This document shows positions 59,301-64,000 of a stretch of 64,000 nt of DNA, piece by piece. The position numbers were made by a program, and so were the translations under genes. The notes under the pieces were generated by a model. It ran no database searches. It worked only from the letters and a program-made list of their open reading frames with translations, and was not told the origin of the DNA. Each line of letters begins with the position of its first letter. Position 1 is the first letter of the stretch. The DNA comes from Scenedesmus sp. PABB004 (lineage: Eukaryota), in assembly GCA_014905635.1 (NCBI GenBank), contig CM026547.1:1674001-1738000 (forward strand). Direction: 5' to 3'.

Positions 59301-61554
59301 CTGGTGGAGCTGCTCAGGCGCGGCGCGCCCCGCGCCGCAGCCGCGCCGCGCCCCGCGCCGCAGCCGCGCCGCGCCCCGCGCCGCAGCCGCGCCGCGCGCG
59401 GAGCTGCGGCCGGCCCGCGCGCGCCTCCTGCGGCTCCTGCGGCCGCGCCCGCCGCCGGGCCGCCGACGCCCGCGCCGGCGGCCGCGCGCGCAGGAGCGAG
59501 GAGGCGGCGCTCATGGCCGCGCAGAAGGAGGCCGAGGCGGCGAGCACGTCGGGGCGCCTGGCCAGCACGCTGCCGGCGGAGGCGCGCGGGCCGCTGGCGC
59601 GCGTCAACGGCGCCGCCGACGCCGCGGTCGCGACGAGCAGCGCGAGCATCGTGCAGCGCGTATGGTGCGACGTGCTGCGCCTGGCCACGGGCGTCGGTGG
59701 CGGCGCCGCGCCCGGCGGCGGGCCCGCCACGCCCGGCGGCAGCAGCGCCGCGGAGGCGGCGGCCACCATGCGGCGGCGGGCCCTGGACCTCATCGAGGTG
59801 CGCGGGCAGGCCGCGCTGGCGCGCTGGCGCCTCGCGCTGCCGCCGGCGCCCCCCCCCCCCCGCCCCTGAGCGCCGCACCGCGCCCCGGCCCCCAGGTGGT
59901 GCTGCGCGGCGGCCTGGTCGGCCCCTGGACGGCGGTGCCGGCGCTCGTCGCGCAGCTGACCGACGACGCGCTCGACACGCGCGCCGCTGCGCTCAAGGTG
60001 CCGCGCCCCCCGCCCCGCCGCTGCGCGCCCCGCCGCCGCGCTCCCCCAAGACCACATGCACGCTTCCTCCCCCTCATACTCGCCCACCCCCCCCCCCCAC
60101 ACACACACATGCACGCACACGCCAGGTGTTGAAGGCGGCGTGTGAGAAGTGGCCAGACTACGTCTCCAACCAGCTCGCCCCCGGCGTGCTGCTCGCGTAC
60201 GACTTCCAGGCGCGCCTCTGGGCCGCAAAGCACCCCGGCACGCACCTGCCCAAGAGTGAGCAAGCCCCTCGGCCCGCCGGCGCGGCGGCGCACGCGCCAG
60301 CCCGCTCGCCAGGCGCGCCCGCACGCCGGCCCGCGCACTCTGCCCCCCACACACCTCTCACACACACGCGCGCGCGCGCGCAACGACCCCCGCCGTGCAG
60401 CGCCGCGCCCCGAGGTGCTGGAGGGCCTCGCCGCGCTGTACGGCCAGGTCGTCGCGGCGACGCCGCAGGCGCGCGGCCGCTTCCTGGCGCACCTGCTGCG
60501 GCCGCTCGTGTCGGCGGTCAGCGCGGCCGAGCCCGCCGCCGCAGCGGGGGAGGACCTGCACCGCCTCGCCTTTGTCGCGCACGTCGCGGCGGCGCTGCCG
60601 CTGCGGCGCGGCGACGAGCCGCTCGCGCTGCTGCACGCGATCAACGGCGCGGTCAGCCGCCACGCGGCAGAGGTCGCCGACCGGCTGCGCGCCGCGCTCG
60701 TGGCGGCGGGGCTGAGGCGCCGGCTGGGCGACGACGGCGACGACGGCGACGGCGACGCCGGCGCCGCGGGCGCGGGCGGCGGCGACGGCGCCGGCGACGG
60801 CGACGCGCGCGGCGCGCTGCCGCTGCCCCACCCGGCGGGCCTGCTGGGCGCGGTCAAGGCGGGCCTCGCGCTGAGCATGCTGCTGGTGCTTAAGCAGTAC
60901 CTCATGGCCGCCTACGGCCTCAGCGACGAGCGCGTGGCGGGCTTTGAGCTGCGCGGCGAGCGCTTCCGCGGCGAGGCCAAGGCGCTCGTGAGCAGGGACA
61001 AGCGCCTGCCGCCGTTTGGGCTGTCCGTCGTCGACCTGCGCGCGCTCGGCGACGCCACGGGCGAGCTGCTCGCGGGCGCGCACACGACGCTGCGCGGCCT
61101 GCTGGACAACGACGCCGCCAACTACAGGCGCGCGGCGCGCCGCGGCGCGGGCCGCCGCGCAGCGCCGGGGGCGCCGCCGCCGCCGCGCGTGCGCGACCCC
61201 ACGCGCCAACGCTGCGCGCCGCGCGCCACGGGCCGCAGGGAGGCGGCGGTGCTGGCGGCGCTGGACGACCGCGACGACGAGGAGGCGGGCCTCGATGCGG
61301 CCAACCTCGGCGCCACGCCCGCGGCCGGCGGCGCCGCGCCCGGCGGCGGGCTGGTGGTGTACAGCAAGGAGGCGGCCAAGAAGGGCAGCCGCGGGCGCGG
61401 CAGGGCCGGCGGCGGCAGCGCGGGCAAGCGCGGCGGCGGCCGGGGCCGCGGCGGGGGGCGCGGGCGCGGGCGCAAGCGCCAGCGCGGCAGCGACGACGAT
61501 TCCGACGACGAGGACTGGGGGGCCGGGCCGCCCTCCAAGCGCGAGCTGTTCTAG
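53302..61554 (+). CDS. SCC2: Cohesin loader subunit Scc2/Nipped-B-like (HEAT repeats), many exons
   Basis: N-terminal LPTLTTS..LPFPLP, DLL...LPEWPAA..LL, VRTKVFKCLGLVVEAD..L, LEDDSVAVREAALDLV, D.GLSVRKRAIR.LWD.C, RGGLVGPWTAVPALVA, LAFVAHVAAALP..DEPL; basic/acidic tail ending PPSKRELF-TAG. Confidence 0.88.
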
Positions 61555-61783
61555 GTGCGGGCCGGGGCCGGCGCGAGGGTTGGCGGCGTTCGTTTGCGCG
61601 GGCCCAGAGTTCAACCCCTCGGCCCCTCTGCAGGCCGCTGTCCCGCCCCGCCCCCGCGGGTACCCCGGAACCCGCGACCGCCTGTGAGGGACAGCCCGGC
61701 GGCGCCGTGCGCTCGCAGCAATCAGCGCCACGCCGCGCCGCAGCAATCACGCCGCCGCGCCGTGTTCCCTTGCCCCGCGCGCC

Positions 61784-63444
61784 ATGAAGGCGCGGCCCGG
61801 GCCCGCGGCACGGGCACCGGGCGTGGCGTCGCTCCAGCAGCAGGGGCTGCAGTGGCCAGGCGGCGCGAGCAGCGGCGCGCCGCACGGCGGCGCGCCGCCG
61901 CCGCTTGCGCCTCAGCCGCCGGGCGCCTGGTGGCCGCCGTCGCTGGCCTTACCGCAGCTGATGGGGCCCTGGGTCGGCCAGGCCATGCCGAGCCCGCCGC
62001 CCGGCGGCGCGGTCGCCACGCCGCCGAGCGACAGCCGCGCGAGCGACGCCACGGCGAGGTCGGTGAGCCCCGCGGTGCAGCCCCTGTGCTTTGGGGCGCC
62101 GGCGGCCGGCGCCAGCGCCGGCGAGGCAGCGCGCGGCGCGGCCCCCAGGCGCGCCGGCGGAGCGGCCGCTGCTGACGGGGGCGCGCCGGACGACCAGCAG
62201 CAGCAGCAGCTGCTGCCGGCGGCGCCGGCCGACCCCGACTCGCCCGCGGGCCACGCCAACGCCGACGCCGAGGCGATCCTCGAGGCGGCGCAGCAGCTGC
62301 TGCTGCTGCTGGCGGCGGCGCCCGCGGAGGGCGCGCGGCGCCGGCCCGCGCCCCGCGGTGCGCCTGCCGGCGGCAGGAAGCGCTCGCGCCCCGCTCCGGC
62401 GCCAGGCGGCGCGCTCGGGGGCGCCGGGCAGGCGCCGCGCGCAAGCCCGCCGCGGCGCCGTGCGCGCCCGCGGCGGCCGCTGCGGCGCCCCCGCTCGCGC
62501 CCGGCGGCCGCGTGCCGCGCGCGGCGGCGGTGGCGGCGCGCGCCAAGACGGCTGCGTGGGTCGGCGTGGCGCGGGTCACGCCGCCGGGCCGCCCCGGCGC
62601 CCCGGCCCCCGCGCTCTCAAAGGAGCAGCAGCGGCAGGAGCAGCTGGAGCAGCAGGAGGAGGAGGAGCAGGAGGAGCAGGAGGAGGAGGAGCAGGAGGAG
62701 GAGGCAGAGGCCTCGCAAGACTCGTACGGCGCGGACTGGCAGCCCGAGGAGCAGGCGGCGGCGGGCGCGCCGGCCGCCAGGCCCCGCCGCAAGCGCGGCC
62801 AGCAGCAGCGCAGGCTGCACGGCGGCGAGCAGCAGCAGGGCGAGCAGCCGGCGGCCGGGGCGGGCGCGGCCAAGCGGCGGCGCACCGCGCCCCTGGGCCA
62901 GGCGGTGCAGCAGCACATCGCTCACGTCCTCACCCTGCTGCCTGACGACCAGCTGCCAGCTGCGGCGGCGCCCCCGGCCGGCGCGGCCGGGGGCGGGCGG
63001 CAGGGCGGCGGCGGCGAGGCGCCCGACGCGGTGGCGGCCGCGGCGGCCGCCGCCGCCGCCGCGGCGCCGCCGCCGCCCGAGCGCAAGGGCGGCAAGGGCG
63101 GCCGGCCGCGCGGCTCGGGCAACCGGCAGCAGATGGCGCCGCGGGGTGCGGGCGGCACGTTTGCGGCGCGCAGCACGCGCTACACGGGCGTGTACGCCAA
63201 CAAGCGCGCCGGCAGCGGCTGGCGCGCGCAGTTCTGCTGGGCCGGCCGCGTGCTCAACCTGGGGACGTACGACTCGGAGGACGACGCCGCGCGCGCCTGG
63301 AACGCGGCTGCGCTCTTCTTCCGCGGCGAGGGCTGCTGGCTCAACCCGGCCGTGCCGGCGCTGCCGCCCGACTACGCGCCCGGCAGCCTCGGCAGCGCGG
63401 TGCCGCCGGCGACCGCGGCGGCCGCGGCCGCGCGGCGCGCGTGA
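61784..63444 (+). CDS. AP2-domain DNA-binding protein with an AT-hook-like motif; apparent frameshift near 62450-62510
   Basis: STRYTGVY...WRAQF...LNLGTYDSEDDAARAWNAAALFFRGEGCWLN at ~63172-63345; GGRPRG at ~63097-63114; acidic E/Q tract. Confidence 0.75.
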
Positions 63445-64000
63445 GGCGGGCGGGCGCCGGCGCTGCGCTGCCCGGGGGGAGGGGGGGGGGCGTCCTCCGG
63501 TGTCACGTCCGGTGTTACAGTCGGGGCTGCTGCACGCAGTGCACGCAGCGCAGTCTTGCGCGCCGGCGGCTGGCCTCTTGCCGCGTTTCCACACGCCACG
63601 GTTTCTCGTCCACCGTGCAGGGTTTAGGTGGTGAGCCACATGTTCACATGCCAGACAGAGGGGGTGGGCGGGCGGGAGTGCAGTGGACACGGAGGGAGTG
63701 CGGCGCTCGCCGCCGCGCGTGTGTGTGGGGTGGGGTGGGATGGGGTGCGGTTGCGTGGGGTGCGTGGGCTCCTCCACAGAGGAGGAGTGGACAAGTCCTG
63801 CGTCTTTCCTGAGCCCGTGCGCGCGCGGGTGAGTTCGAAGCCCCCGGTTCAAAGCCGCCCGGTGCCCCCCGTGCAGTGCAGCGCGCCCCGTGCGTTCCGG
63901 AGAGGCTTGTAACGAGGCGGCCAACACACAAACTTGCTTTAAAGCGGCAGCCTGCCCGGCTCGCCAGGCTCGCTGGGGCCCGCCCCCCACTCCCGCACGA

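Noticed and set aside
1..64000. Hundreds of long Arg/Ala/Pro/Gly-rich ORFs in all six frames
   Set aside because: Expected from stop-codon scarcity at very high GC; they are shadows of spliced genes or read through introns.
1..64000. tRNA, rRNA or snRNA genes; alternative genetic code
   Set aside because: No RNA gene recognised by eye. The conserved genes end in TGA, TAG and TAA, and I saw no internal stops in their exons.

Overview
Very GC-rich, gene-dense, intron-rich eukaryotic nuclear DNA from a chlorophycean green alga. The ASA1 ATP-synthase subunit, LHCA9 and TGTAA poly(A) signals support this; the species cannot be determined. Most long ORFs in the six-frame track are GC artefacts, so genes were rebuilt by hand from exon fragments and splice sites. 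About 20 genes, in order: an NRPS-like gene starting with a Lys2-type half condensation domain (runs off the left edge), SDR, arginine deiminase, CPN20, RPL41, P2C-type ATPase, DPH2, CysQ-type PAP phosphatase, a low-complexity coiled-coil protein, a GT92-like glycosyltransferase, WAPL, chloroplast NADP-MDH, chloroplast RRF, a MYND-finger protein, glutaredoxin-DUF547, C2-phospholipase D, LHCA9, ASA1, SCC2/NIPBL and an AP2-domain factor. Main observations: (1) a ~600 bp inverted duplication of the NADP-MDH promoter plus exon 1 brackets WAPL and can splice in frame into the glycosyltransferase gene; (2) GC-AG introns are unusually frequent, with an AG|GCGCGC donor consensus; (3) the Lys2-like NRPS start; (4) DPH2 lacks all three Fe-S cysteines; (5) the P2C pump has rewired ion sites; (6) the cohesin loader and releaser genes lie ~23 kb apart. 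Family assignments come from remembered motifs, not database searches.
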